Shown here: one piece after another, positions 19,247-32,889 of the stretch
Layout: the number at the start of each line of letters is the position of its first letter
How positions within the stretch are numbered: the first letter of the stretch is position 1
NCBI GenBank assembly: GCA_963700145.1
Contig: OY969474.1
Span: forward strand, 3,488,001 to 3,552,000
Direction: 5' to 3'
DNA length: 64,000 nucleotides
Source of the DNA: an uncultured Acidobacteriota bacterium
Lineage (GTDB): Bacteria; Acidobacteriota; Thermoanaerobaculia; Multivoradales; UBA5704
Notes under the pieces: model-generated
What the model saw: the letters and a program-made list of their open reading frames with translations, nothing else
The model's database searches: none
What the model was told of the DNA's origin: nothing
Program-made: the position numbers and the translations under genes

Positions 19247-19945
19247 TCACATCGCTCGGTGTCGCAGCCGCAAGACGATCGTGACCGGCGTGCCGTCCGG
19301 CGGCAGCACCCCCCGCCGAACTTGGAAACGGGTCGTCCCCTCCACCCAGTCGCGCACGGTGTAGGCGGCGTTGCCGACCTTGCTGCCCGGGCAGGAGTAA
19401 AGGCAAACAACGCAGCCGGAGTGCCACTCCGGGATGTTGGCGCGGTGGCCGCCGAATCGCATGGCGAAGCCGCGGCGGCCTGGGTCTTCTAAAACCTCGG
19501 CTAGCCGGAGCGGTTTCCTTCCCGGCACCTTCACGAGCACCTCGACCGGCGGCCCTGCGATCACTTGCTCCGGCGCATGGGAGTGCGTGTCCTCCCGCTC
19601 GTCCCAACTCTCCATCGCGAGCGCGTTCCCCGGCTTCGCGCCCAGTGACTCCAGCGCATCCAAGACCTGCACGTCGTTCACCGCGGCGCGGAAGAGCGCC
19701 GCCGGCGCCGCGCTGCCGCCGCGCCAGACGACCAGGTGATAGCCCGGCATCCCGAGCACGCGCCGGTGGAAGGCGCCGGCGTGCACCGTCGCCGGAAAGG
19801 AGACGGCGCGCGCCGCCCGGTCCACGGCGACCCGCCCCGGCGCCTCCTCGGCGCCCCCCGGCGCGCAGCCGGCGAGGAACACGACCGCGACCAGCGCCTC
19901 AACTCTCAGACTTGGCCGACAGCGCCTCGGAGCCACTTTTGCCAC
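19247..19945 (-). CDS. YdjY-like lipoprotein; start uncertain
   Basis: Lipobox FLAGC and the FGG..SGCVVCLYSCP..GN motif of the YdjY family. Confidence 0.7.
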   Translation of the reverse strand: MAKVAPRRCRPSLRVEALVAVVFLAGCAPGGAEEAPGRVAVDRAARAVSFPATVHAGAFHRRVLGMPGYHLVVWRGGSAAPAALFRAAVNDVQVLDALESLGAKPGNALAMESWDEREDTHSHAPEQVIAGPPVEVLVKVPGRKPLRLAEVLEDPGRRGFAMRFGGHRANIPEWHSGCVVCLYSCPGSKVGNAAYTVRDWVEGTTRFQVRRGVLPPDGTPVTIVLRLRHRAM

Positions 19946-20011
19946 AGCGCCAGCGTACCGTAGACGGCGCGGCCGGCGGGTCGCGCCGGCGCCCTTGCTA
20001 CAATGTCCTCG

Positions 20012-20251
20012 ATGAGCACCGTCAGTCCAAAAGAGCTTCAACGCGACGCGGATGCCCTCTTGGACCGCGTCGAGGCCGGGGAACACCTCGTCGTGGTCCG
20101 CGACGGCCGCGCGGTCGCCGAGCTGCGGCCCGTTCCCGCGGCACAGTCCGGTCCGCGACCGTTCGGCCTCTCCGCCGGGGCGTTCGCGGTCCCGGGCGAC
20201 TTCGATACGCCGCTGCCTGAGGAAGTCCTGAGGCTGTTCGAAGGCCGGTGA
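20012..20251 (+). CDS. Phd/YefM family antitoxin
   Basis: LLDRVEAGEHLVVVRDGRAVAELRP..VPGDFDTPLP; overlaps the PIN toxin gene. Confidence 0.85.
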   Translation: MSTVSPKELQRDADALLDRVEAGEHLVVVRDGRAVAELRPVPAAQSGPRPFGLSAGAFAVPGDFDTPLPEEVLRLFEGR

Positions 20252-20640
20252 GGCTGCTCCTCGATACCCACGTCTTCCTCTGGTACATCACCGCCGACCC
20301 GAAGCTCCCGGCCGCGTTCCGGGAGGCCATCCGGGACCAGGCCAACGAGGTCTACCTGAGCGTCGCCTCGGTCTGGGAAGCGATCATCAAGTCCCACCTC
20401 GGCAAGCTTCCGCTCCCGGCGCCGCCAGCCGACTACCTGTCGCGGCAGCGGGAGGCTCACGGGATCGCCAGCCTGCCGATCGACGAGGGGGCGATGTCGC
20501 ACCTGGCCGGTCTGCCGGCTCTCCATGGCGACCCGTTCGACCGGCTACTGATCGCCCAGGCGCTGCAACACGGGCTGACTATCGCTACCGTCGATCCGGA
20601 GATTGCGGCGTATCTCGTCCCTTTGCTTCCGGCGGCCTAA
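20248..20640 (+). CDS. vapC: VapC PIN-domain toxin
   Basis: LLLDTHVFLW, SVASVWE and HGDPFDRLLIAQA. Confidence 0.9.
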   Translation: MRLLLDTHVFLWYITADPKLPAAFREAIRDQANEVYLSVASVWEAIIKSHLGKLPLPAPPADYLSRQREAHGIASLPIDEGAMSHLAGLPALHGDPFDRLLIAQALQHGLTIATVDPEIAAYLVPLLPAA

Positions 20641-20652
20641 CGGCCCGGGAGG

Positions 20653-22794
20653 TCACGCCGCCCCTCCCACCCGGATCCTCGCGTCGAGCGCCACGGCGTT
20701 CCCCCGCTCGGGCGCCGCGAGGAAGGGGTTGACGTCCAGCTCCTGGATCGACGGGTGTCTCTGCACCAGTTGCGCGATGCGGAGGACGACCTCCTCTAGC
20801 ACTGCCAAGTCGGCGCCCGGCTCGCCGCGGACGCCGGCCAGGAGCGGGAACCCCCGGATGCCTCGCACCAGGTCGTGCGCCTCGTGCGGGGCCAGCGCCG
20901 GCACGGCGAAGCGGACGTCCTGGAAGACCTCGACGTACTTGCCGCCGAGGCCGAACATCAGGAGCGGTCCGAAGCGCGGGTCGGTCGAGACGCCGAAGAT
21001 GACCTCGTGGCCGCCGCGGACCATCGGCTGGACCACGTACCCTGCGAGCCGGAGCCCGGCCGCCGCCAGGCGCTCGCGCATCTCCGCCGCCGCGGCCGCC
21101 ACCGCGGCGGCGTCCTCCAGGCCGAGCCGCACCGCGCCGACGTCGCTCTTGTGCACCAGCCCGGGCGCGATCGCCTTGAGCGCCGCCGGGAACCCCAGCT
21201 CGCCCGCCGCGGCGGCGGCCTCCTCGGGAGTCACCGCCACGCGCCAGGGGGCCACCGGCACGCCGTAGAGCTCGAGCACGCGGAAGGTCTCGGCCGGGTC
21301 GAGGTAGCCACCGGGCTCCCGCCGCTCCGCCGCCGCAAGGATCGCCGCCACCGCGGCGTCGTCGGCCGGGAACTCCGGCGTCGGCTCGTCCGCCGGCCGC
21401 CGGCGCCAGGCGGCGTAGCGGGCGAGCATCGCCAGCGCCCGCGCCGCCGGCTCCGGGAAGTGGTAGACCGGCGGCAGGTGCCGCCGCTCGCGCGCCGCCG
21501 CGTAGAACTCCTCGGTCGCCATCATCACCGCCAGCACCGGCTTGGCGCGCGCCGCCGCCACCCGCCCGGCCTCCTCCAGGACGCCGATCGGGTTGGCGAG
21601 GAGCGGCGTGACGTTGATGACCATCGCCAGGTCCACCTCGGGGTCGTCGAGCACCGCTTCGAGCGCCGCGCCGTACTGCTCGACGGTCGCCGAGGCGATC
21701 ATGTCCACCGGGTTGGCGAGGCTCGCCGCCGGCGGCAGGAAGGCGGCGAGGCGCTCGCGCGTCGTCGCCGCCAGCTCGGCCATCCGCAGCCCCTGGTTGA
21801 CGCAGGCGTCGGTCGCCATGATCGCCGGCCCGCCGGCGTTGGTGACGATGCCGACCCGGTTGCCCTCGGGCAGCGGGCAGCGGTCGAGGGCCAGGGCGAC
21901 GTCGAACAGCTCCTCGATGCTGTTGGCGCGCAGCACGCCGCACTGGTCGAGGAAGGCCGAGACGGTGACGTCGGCGCCGGCGATGGCGCCGGTGTGGCTG
22001 GTGGCGGCGCGGGCCCCCTCGATGGTGCGCCCCGACTTGACGACCAGGATCGGCTTCTTCCGCCCGACGCGCTTGGCGATCTCGGTGAAGCGGCGCCGGC
22101 GACCCGCGTCGTCGCCATGTACCTGGAGTCGTTCGGCAACCCGCGGTCTTCCTCCCAGTGCTCGAGCAGGTCGTTGCCCGAGACGTCGGCCTTTGTTGCC
22201 CATCGAGACGAACTGCGTGAGGCCCATGCCGAGCTGCCCGGCGACGTTGAGGATGGCGACGCCGAGCGCCCCCGACTGGCTGACGAAGCCGATCGAGCCG
22301 GCGCGGGCGGGGACCGGCGCGAAGGTGGCGTTCATGTCGACGCCCGCCTGGGTGTTGATGACCCCCATGCAGTTGGGGCCGATCATCCGCGCCCCCGCCG
22401 CGCGCACCGTGTCGCGCAGCCGGCGCTCGAGCGCTGCCCCCTCCGGGCCGGTCTCGGCGTAGCCGGCGGTGATGACCACGAGCCCGCGCACGCCGCGCGC
22501 GAGGCAGGCCTCGACCACCTCCTGCACCAGCGGCCGCGGCACGACGATGATCGCCAAGTCCACCGGGTCGGGGATCTCCGCCACGGTGGCGTAGCTGCGC
22601 AGCGAGTGGATGGCGCGGGCGAACGGGTTGACCGGGTAGATCGCCCCCTTGAACTCGTTGACCACCAGGTTGTGGAGGAGAGAGAAGCCGATCGAGTCGC
22701 GCTGCCGCGAGGCGCCGACGACGGCGATCGAGCGCGGCGAAAAGATCGTGTCGAGCGGACGCGGCGGCAGCGGCGCGGAGACGGGCTCGCTCAA
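20653..22794 (-). CDS. Acyl-CoA synthetase (NDP-forming) / acetate-CoA ligase family; internal ~50-bp inversion
   Basis: IAVVGAS, GPNCMG, SQSGA, ATSHTGA (phospho-His), NAGG, NPVD, HKSDVGAV and ELDVNP. Confidence 0.9.
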   Translation of the reverse strand: MSEPVSAPLPPRPLDTIFSPRSIAVVGASRQRDSIGFSLLHNLVVNEFKGAIYPVNPFARAIHSLRSYATVAEIPDPVDLAIIVVPRPLVQEVVEACLARGVRGLVVITAGYAETGPEGAALERRLRDTVRAAGARMIGPNCMGVINTQAGVDMNATFAPVPARAGSIGFVSQSGALGVAILNVAGQLGMGLTQFVSMGNKGRRLGQRPARALGGRPRVAERLQVHGDDAGRRRRFTEIAKRVGRKKPILVVKSGRTIEGARAATSHTGAIAGADVTVSAFLDQCGVLRANSIEELFDVALALDRCPLPEGNRVGIVTNAGGPAIMATDACVNQGLRMAELAATTRERLAAFLPPAASLANPVDMIASATVEQYGAALEAVLDDPEVDLAMVINVTPLLANPIGVLEEAGRVAAARAKPVLAVMMATEEFYAAARERRHLPPVYHFPEPAARALAMLARYAAWRRRPADEPTPEFPADDAAVAAILAAAERREPGGYLDPAETFRVLELYGVPVAPWRVAVTPEEAAAAAGELGFPAALKAIAPGLVHKSDVGAVRLGLEDAAAVAAAAAEMRERLAAAGLRLAGYVVQPMVRGGHEVIFGVSTDPRFGPLLMFGLGGKYVEVFQDVRFAVPALAPHEAHDLVRGIRGFPLLAGVRGEPGADLAVLEEVVLRIAQLVQRHPSIQELDVNPFLAAPERGNAVALDARIRVGGAA

Positions 22795-22801
22795 CCGCGC
22801 C

Positions 22802-23821
<1,020 letters not shown>

Positions 23822-23985
23822 GTCGGAATTGTATGCCGCCCTTGTAGGACGGCCTCGCACGGCGCGCGTCCCGCAGTGGATGACAGCGAAAACGGAGCGC
23901 CGCCGATGAGACGCCCGCGACCCTCGCCCTAGCCTGCACCTGCGGCCGGGACAGCCCCGGAGCCGCACGCCAGGAGGCGAGGACC

Positions 23986-25497
23986 GTGAGCGCTCGAGCC
24001 ATCATCCGCACTCTGTTCATGCTGCTCATCACGCTGGCCGCCGTGCCGCTTTCGGCCGCCACGTACGTCATGCCGAGCGACGAGACGCTGGCCGACCAGG
24101 CCGCCGTCATCGCCGCGGTGCGGGTGACCGACTCGGGGCCGGCGCCCCTGCGCGCCGGCATCGCCACCGACTACGTGGTCGTGGTGGACGAGGTGGTCAA
24201 GGGCGACCTCCCGGGCAGTACGGTCGTCGTGCGGGTGCCGGGCGGCGAGATGGAAGGGAACTTCGAGCTGCGGGTCTCCGGTGCGCCCCGCTTCGCCCCG
24301 GGCGAGCGGGCGCTGCTCTTCCTGGTGCCCAACCGCGACGGCAGCTACGGCGTCCTCCACCTCTTCCTGGGCGCCTTCCACGCCGTGCGCGAGGGCGGCC
24401 GGACGCTGGCCCGGCGCGACCTGGCCGAAGGTCGGCCGCTCGCGCCGGCCGCCGACCCGCCGCGCGACCTCGCGCGCTTCAGCCGCTGGCTCGCCGACCG
24501 CGCGGCCGGCATCGAGGCGGAGGGCGATTACCTCGTCGCCGGCGGCGGACCGCGAGCCGCGGCCGAGGCCTTCACCGCGATGCCGACGCCGGACCGCGTG
24601 CCGATGCGCTGGTTCCGCTTCGACGGCGGCGGCAGCGTGAGCTGGCGGCTCAACACCTCGCTCCCCGCCGGCGTCGGGGCGGAGGCGACCGCCGCGGCCC
24701 TGCGCGCCGCGCTCGCCGCCTGGAGCGACGACCCGACCAGCCGGATCGGCTACGCCTACGGCGGCACGACGAGCGCGAGCGGCGGCTTCCTCCGCGGCGA
24801 CGGGACCAATGGCGTGCTCTTCGAGGACCCGGGCAACGCGCACGTGCCCGGCAGCTACAACTGCGCCAAGGGCGGTGTCGTGGCCGTCGGTGTCGCCTTC
24901 ATGGACACCAAGACGCGCAGCCTGGGCGGGAAGGCCTACCACGAGATCGTCGAGGGCGACGTCGTGACCAACGACGGCAGCGCCTGCTACTTCCGCGACA
25001 ACCCGGCCGGCGCGGCCGAGGTCTTCGCCCACGAGCTCGGGCACACGCTGGGCTTCGGCCACTCGACCGTGCGGGAGGCGCTGATGTTCGGCGTCGCCCA
25101 CAAGGACGGGCGCGGCGCGCGGCTCGAGCACGACGACCGGCTGGCCGCCAACGCGGTCTACGGCGCGGGGTCGCCCCCGCCCGTGCCGACCACGCCGCCT
25201 CCGCCTCCCGCGCCGGCAGCGCGCCCGGCGGCCCCGGCCGGGCTAGCCGGCAAGGCCGTGGCGCCGACGGCGATCGAGCTCACCTGGCGCGACGTCTGCG
25301 CCCACGAGCTCGACTTCCGCGTCGAGCTGAAGGTGGGCAAGAAGTGGCGCGAGGTGCTCGTCGTCCCGGCCGGCGCGACCTCGGCCAAGCTCACCGGTCT
25401 GCGCCCAGACACCGCCTCGACCTACCGCCTGCGCGCCCGCAGCGCCGCCGGCTACTCGCCCTACAGCAACGCGGTGACGGTGAGGACGCCGCGCTAG
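23986..25497 (+). CDS. Secreted matrixin-like (M10) metallopeptidase with C-terminal FN3 domain
   Basis: Signal peptide; [15 protein letters not shown]; Pro linker; FN3-like tail LTW..YRLRA..YS. Confidence 0.85.
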   Translation: MSARAIIRTLFMLLITLAAVPLSAATYVMPSDETLADQAAVIAAVRVTDSGPAPLRAGIATDYVVVVDEVVKGDLPGSTVVVRVPGGEMEGNFELRVSGAPRFAPGERALLFLVPNRDGSYGVLHLFLGAFHAVREGGRTLARRDLAEGRPLAPAADPPRDLARFSRWLADRAAGIEAEGDYLVAGGGPRAAAEAFTAMPTPDRVPMRWFRFDGGGSVSWRLNTSLPAGVGAEATAAALRAALAAWSDDPTSRIGYAYGGTTSASGGFLRGDGTNGVLFEDPGNAHVPGSYNCAKGGVVAVGVAFMDTKTRSLGGKAYHEIVEGDVVTNDGSACYFRDNPAGAAEVFAHELGHTLGFGHSTVREALMFGVAHKDGRGARLEHDDRLAANAVYGAGSPPPVPTTPPPPPAPAARPAAPAGLAGKAVAPTAIELTWRDVCAHELDFRVELKVGKKWREVLVVPAGATSAKLTGLRPDTASTYRLRARSAAGYSPYSNAVTVRTPR

Positions 25498-26018
25498 GTG
25501 GCGTCTGGATCCGTGCCGAAGCCAATCAGGCGGCGCCCTCCCCGCCGCGGCGGCGCCATCAGCTCGCGGATCGCGTCGAAGACAACCTTGAACTGGTGGT
25601 CGTACCGGCGCTCGAGATCGTCCAGCTTGGCCGCGAGCTCCGCATGGGCGCCCAGGATCCGCCGCATCCGCACGAACGTGCGCATGATCTCGATGTTCAC
25701 CCGCACCGCCCGTTCACTGCGGAGTACCCCGGAGAGCATCGCAACGCCGTGCTCGGTGAAGACATTAGGGCGGTAGCGGCGGCCGCCGTGTGCATTTGAG
25801 GTCGCAAATTGCGACCTCAAGAGCGCGGTCTCGCTGCGGCTCAACTGGAACATGAAATCACGCGGGAAGCGCTGGCGGTTCCGCTTCACTGCCTCGTTCA
25901 GCCGCTTGACGCTCACTCCGTAGAGGGTCGCGAGGTCTTCGTCCAGCAAGACCTTTTCGCCGCGAAACAGCAGGATCGCCCGCTCGATCCGCGCCGCCGG
26001 TAGGAGGGTCTTTCCCAT
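25494..26018 (-). CDS. ORF6N (KilA-N-like) DNA-binding domain protein
   Basis: [56 protein letters not shown]. Confidence 0.9.
   Translation of the reverse strand: MGKTLLPAARIERAILLFRGEKVLLDEDLATLYGVSVKRLNEAVKRNRQRFPRDFMFQLSRSETALLRSQFATSNAHGGRRYRPNVFTEHGVAMLSGVLRSERAVRVNIEIMRTFVRMRRILGAHAELAAKLDDLERRYDHQFKVVFDAIRELMAPPRRGGRRLIGFGTDPDAT
25796..25820. repeat. Perfect 25-bp palindrome inside the ORF6N gene
   Basis: ttgaggtcgcaa-a-ttgcgacctcaa, with 12-bp arms. Confidence 0.9.
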
Positions 26019-26116
26019 GTGCGCGCCTCCAAGTCCCCTTCTCCCGGAGAAGACGGAAAACGGCGGCCCGCGCATGGCAGCAGCTACCCCGCCGCCGCAG
26101 AATGGGGGGCGACCGG

Positions 26117-26710
26117 CTAGGCCCGCGACAGCCGGTTAAGGCTCGACCGCAGCAGCTCGTGAAAGGCCGCCCCGGGCCGGTCGCGGCGCGCCTCGGCCAC
26201 CGCCCGCTCCGCCTGCGCCGCCTTGTAGCCCAGGTTGACCAGGGCGGAGACCACGTCCTGGTCGGCGGGGGCGGCGCGGCCGGGGAGCTCGGCCGCCAGC
26301 TCCTGCATCTTCTCCTTGAGCTCGAGCACCATCCGCTCGGCGGTCTTCTTGCCGATGCCCGGGATGGTGGCGAGGCGTGCCACGTCGCCGGCGGCGATGG
26401 CGCCGAGCAGGTCCTCCGGCGCCAGGCCGGAGAGGATTACCCGCGCCAGGCGCGGCCCGATGCCCGAGACCCCGATCAGCCGCTCGAAGAGGAGCTTCTC
26501 GCGCTCGGTCCAGAAGCCGAAGAGGGCGATGCCGTCCTCGCGCAGGTGGGTGTGGATGTGGAGGCCGATGGGGCCGCCGGCGCCGCGGCTCTTCTCCACC
26601 TCGTACCAGGTGGAAAGCGGCACGTGGACCTCGTAGCCCACCCCCTGGACGTCGAGCGTCAGGCGGTCGGGGGTGGCCTTGAGCAGCGTCCCCTTGAGGT
26701 AGCCGATCAA
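26117..26710 (-). CDS. ruvA: Holliday junction branch migration protein RuvA
   Basis: [53 protein letters not shown]. Confidence 0.97.
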   Translation of the reverse strand: MIGYLKGTLLKATPDRLTLDVQGVGYEVHVPLSTWYEVEKSRGAGGPIGLHIHTHLREDGIALFGFWTEREKLLFERLIGVSGIGPRLARVILSGLAPEDLLGAIAAGDVARLATIPGIGKKTAERMVLELKEKMQELAAELPGRAAPADQDVVSALVNLGYKAAQAERAVAEARRDRPGAAFHELLRSSLNRLSRA

Positions 26711-26729
26711 GGCGCGGCGGCGGGCGGCG

Positions 26730-28679
26730 TCAGCTCGCCTGCGCCTCGGCGGTGATGCCGAGGGCCTCGAGCAGTTCCTGGTTGTAGCGCAGGTCGAGGT
26801 CGCGCCGGCGCTGCTCGATGAGCGCCTGCATCAGGCGCCCCACCTGGTCGCGCTCCAGCCGCTCGCGGGTCGCCGCCTTGGCCTTGGCGAACTCGGCCGG
26901 GTCCCAGCGCTTGCGCTCGACGACCTGGAAGAGGATCGCGCCTTGGGCGTCGGCGACCGGCCCGCCGACCTGGCCGACCTCCATCTCCAGCGCCGCCTTG
27001 GCGAGCTCCGGGCTGGTGCCCAGGCCGGTGATGACGCCGTCGCGCCCGAACTCGCCGCTCTCCTCGACGCTGAGGCCGAGCTCGGCGGCCACCTCGGGGA
27101 AGGTCTTCCCCCGCGCGATCTGCTGCTTGGCCTGGGCCAGGCGCTGCCGCGCCGCCTCCTTCTGCTTCTCGGCGAGGAGGGCCGCGCGCACCTGCGGCTC
27201 GGTTTCCGCCAGCGCCGGCACCCGCGACTCGACGACGTCTTGCACCCAGACGACCGCCCAGCCGCCGGGCACCTGCACCGCCTCCGACACGCCGCCCTCC
27301 TCGACCGCGAAGGCGGCGGTGTTGAGGGCCGGGGCGCGGCCGAGGCCGGGGACCGGGTCCTGCGGCCCGATCGGCGGCGCCGTGCCGAAGCGCACCGCCG
27401 GGTCGCCGCCGACCAGGGCCTGCACGTCCTCCGGGCGCTTCGGGCCCTTCTCGCGCAGCTGCCGGGCCAGCTCCTCGGCCCGGGCGCGGGCGAGCGCCTG
27501 CACCTTGTCCGCCGACAGGCGGGCCTCGATCAGCGGCCGCACCTCGGCGAGCGGGGTCTTGCCGGCGGGGCGCTTGTCCTGCACCTCGAGCAGGTGGTAG
27601 CCGAACGAGGTCTTGACCGGCCCGACCAGCTTGCCCGGCGCGGCGCCGAACGAGGCGTCCTCGAACTCCTTGACCATCCGGCCGCGGCCGAAGAACCCGA
27701 GGTCGCCGCCCCGGTCCTTGTTCGAGGCGTCCTCGGAGACCTCGGCGGCCACCTTGGCGAAGGGCTCGCCGTCCTCGATCCGCCCCCGCGCCGCTTCGAC
27801 CTTGGCTTTGGCGGCCTCCTCGGGGGTGTCGTCGTCGACCATCACCAGGATGTGCCGCGCCCGCACCTCCTCCTCGTGGGCGTACTCGTCGGCGTGCTCG
27901 TCGTAGTAGCCGCGCACCTCCTGCTCGGAGGGCTTCGCGCGCTCCGCGAGCTTGGCGGCGTCGGCCAGCAGATAGGCGATCTGCCGCTGCTCGGGCAGGC
28001 GGAAGCGGTCCTTGTTGCTCTCGAAGTAGGCCCCGAGCTCCTGCGGCGTGACCGGCAGCTCGCCCTCCATGCCGCGCTGCACGCGGACGTAGCGGACCTT
28101 CGCCTTCTCGACCTCGTCGCGGTAGGCGCGCTCGACGTCCTTGTCGCCGACGTAGACGTTGGCCTCGAGGGTCTTCTGCAGCTTCTGGAGGACGATCGAG
28201 TCGCGGATGTCCTGCTCGAAGGTGGCGGGGTCGAGCCGCATGCGGCGGAGGGTCTCGGCGTAGCGCTCCTCGCCGACGAAGGCGCCGGTCTCGTCCTGGA
28301 AGGCGCCGATGTCGAGGATCGCCTTGCGCACCTCCGCGTCGGTGGCGGCCAGGCCCAGCTCGCGCGCCTCGGCGAGCAGGATCTTCTGCCCGACCAGGTC
28401 GTTGAGGATCTGCAGCGGCAGACCCATGTTGCGCATCATCTCGGGGTCGAAGCGCTCGCCGAGCATCTCGCGGTACTGGCGCTCGGCGTTGGCGTAGGCG
28501 CTGCGGAACTCGTTCATCGTCACCCGGTGCGGCCCGGCGGTGGCGGCGTTGTCGCCGCCGTCGGCGGCGGTGGTGCTGATCGAGCCGAAGTCGTAGAAGA
28601 TGGCGAGGACGAAGACGGCGATGACGATCCAGAGGACCGGAGAGAGCACCTTGAGGTTGGCGCGGAACGTCTTGAGCAT
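26730..28679 (-). CDS. PpiD/SurA-like membrane-anchored peptidyl-prolyl isomerase
   Basis: N-terminal TM, SurA N-domain and parvulin motif VRARHIL..SED..GGDLGFF..MVKEFE..GPVKTSFGYH. Confidence 0.9.
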   Translation of the reverse strand: MLKTFRANLKVLSPVLWIVIAVFVLAIFYDFGSISTTAADGGDNAATAGPHRVTMNEFRSAYANAERQYREMLGERFDPEMMRNMGLPLQILNDLVGQKILLAEARELGLAATDAEVRKAILDIGAFQDETGAFVGEERYAETLRRMRLDPATFEQDIRDSIVLQKLQKTLEANVYVGDKDVERAYRDEVEKAKVRYVRVQRGMEGELPVTPQELGAYFESNKDRFRLPEQRQIAYLLADAAKLAERAKPSEQEVRGYYDEHADEYAHEEEVRARHILVMVDDDTPEEAAKAKVEAARGRIEDGEPFAKVAAEVSEDASNKDRGGDLGFFGRGRMVKEFEDASFGAAPGKLVGPVKTSFGYHLLEVQDKRPAGKTPLAEVRPLIEARLSADKVQALARARAEELARQLREKGPKRPEDVQALVGGDPAVRFGTAPPIGPQDPVPGLGRAPALNTAAFAVEEGGVSEAVQVPGGWAVVWVQDVVESRVPALAETEPQVRAALLAEKQKEAARQRLAQAKQQIARGKTFPEVAAELGLSVEESGEFGRDGVITGLGTSPELAKAALEMEVGQVGGPVADAQGAILFQVVERKRWDPAEFAKAKAATRERLERDQVGRLMQALIEQRRRDLDLRYNQELLEALGITAEAQAS

Positions 28680-28738
28680 GTTGGTTGAATCTCCTCCCCC
28701 GCCGGCCGGCGAGGACGGAGCACTCTAGCACGCCGTGA

Positions 28739-31354
<2,616 letters not shown>

Positions 31355-31399
31355 CCCCGCGAGGTGCTGGGCCGGGGCGCCGCCGAACGGGCCGACACC

Positions 31400-32245
31400 G
31401 TGAGCGAGCGCGGCACCGTCTGGCTCCTCACCGCCCTGCTCGTCGGGCAGCTCGTGCTGCTCGCCGTCCAGGTGCCGGGGAGCGGCGGCGCCGACAACGC
31501 TCTCGAGTCCTTCGGCCTGCGCGTCGTCGGGCCGGTGGCGCGCCTGGTCACCGGCGCGGCCGCGAGCGTCACCGGCACGCGCCAGCGCGTCCGCCTCCAG
31601 GAAGACCTGCTGGCCGAAAACCGGTCGCTCGAGCACGAGGTGGAGCGCCTGCGCCTCGAGCTCCTCCGCCTGCGCGACGTCGAGTCCGAGATGCAGCGGC
31701 TCGCCGCCGCGCTCGACTACGCCGCGCCGCCGGTCGGGCGGGTGCGGGCGGCCGACGTCGTCTACGTCGACCACACCTCCTGGCTGCGCACGCTCGTCGT
31801 CTGGGTCGGCGAGGGCAAGGCACGGCCCGACCAGCCGGTGCTGGCGCCGCAGGGCCTGGTCGGGCGGGTGGTGCGGGTCGCCGGCCCCTACGCCAAGGTG
31901 CAGCTCGTCACCGACCGCGCCGCCGCCGTCGGCGCGCTCGTCGCCCGCACCCGCCGCCAGGGGGTGGCGCGCGGCAGCGGCACGGGCGCCCTGGTGCTCG
32001 ACTACGTGCCGCTGCAGGTGGACGTGCGCCCCGGCGACCGCGTGCTCACCGCCGGCATCGACGGCGTCTACCCGCGCGGCATCCCGGTGGGGACGGTGGT
32101 CGCCGTCGAGGCCGGCGGCCAGCTCTTCCACCAGATCCGCGTCGCCCCGGCGGTGGACTTGGGGAGCCTCGACCGGGTCTACCTCCTCGAGCACGAGCCG
32201 CTCCCGCCCGACCTCAAGGAGACGCAGCCGGGTGCGCGCCCTTAA
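31400..32245 (+). CDS. mreC: Rod shape-determining protein MreC
   Basis: Coiled coil ENRSL, GLVGRV and TAGIDGVYPRGIPVG; follows mreB. Confidence 0.92.
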   Translation: MSERGTVWLLTALLVGQLVLLAVQVPGSGGADNALESFGLRVVGPVARLVTGAAASVTGTRQRVRLQEDLLAENRSLEHEVERLRLELLRLRDVESEMQRLAAALDYAAPPVGRVRAADVVYVDHTSWLRTLVVWVGEGKARPDQPVLAPQGLVGRVVRVAGPYAKVQLVTDRAAAVGALVARTRRQGVARGSGTGALVLDYVPLQVDVRPGDRVLTAGIDGVYPRGIPVGTVVAVEAGGQLFHQIRVAPAVDLGSLDRVYLLEHEPLPPDLKETQPGARP

Positions 32246-32741
32246 GCTCGGCGCCGCGCTCGGCGTGGCCCTCCTCGTCCACTTGGTCGGCTCGCGCCTC
32301 TGGGCCGACTTCCCGCGCCTGGTGGACCTCTTCGTCGTCGTCGTCGTCCTCCACGCCCTCGACGGCGAGACGCTGCCGGGGATGTTCGGCGGGCTCGCCG
32401 CCGGCCTCCTCCACGACGCGCTGTCGGGCGGCCTCTACGGCCTCTACGGCTTTGCCGACACCCTCGTCGGCTACGGCACGGCGCGCATCGCCCAGCGGCT
32501 GGTCATCCAGCGCTCGACCGGCGTCTTCGGCGTCGCCGCCTTCGCCGCCGCGGTGCAGCAGGCGGTGCTCGTCCTGCTGGCCTTCCTCTTGCGGACCGAC
32601 CCCGGGCTGCCCCAGCCCGGCGGGGTGGCGGTGCGCGCGCTCATCTGCGGCGCCGCCGGCATGGCCGCGCACCTCGCGATCCGCAGCTGGCACCGCGGCG
32701 TCGAGAGCCGCCGCAGCGGCCGGATGCGCCGCCTGCGCTGA
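32232..32741 (+). CDS. mreD: Rod shape-determining protein MreD
   Basis: Hydrophobic protein with GLLHDALSGG; lies between mreC and mrdA. Confidence 0.85.
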   Translation: MRALKLGAALGVALLVHLVGSRLWADFPRLVDLFVVVVVLHALDGETLPGMFGGLAAGLLHDALSGGLYGLYGFADTLVGYGTARIAQRLVIQRSTGVFGVAAFAAAVQQAVLVLLAFLLRTDPGLPQPGGVAVRALICGAAGMAAHLAIRSWHRGVESRRSGRMRRLR

Positions 32742-32766
32742 TAGAGGTGGGTTCGATCGAGCGTGC

Positions 32767-32805
32767 TCCCTCCACCGCGTAGCGGGGGAGGGCCGGGGAG
32801 GGGGT
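32767..32805. repeat. REP-like GC-rich palindromic intergenic element
   Basis: ctccctccaccgcgtagcgggggagggccggggaggggg: a hairpin followed by a G-rich tail. Confidence 0.55.
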
Positions 32806-32889
32806 ATCGAAGTCAATGCAGTAAAGGTGGCCCGAGGCGAGGTACTTCGCAAGCCCAGCCGCTCACAAGTGGCGTAAACTCTTCCTGCT

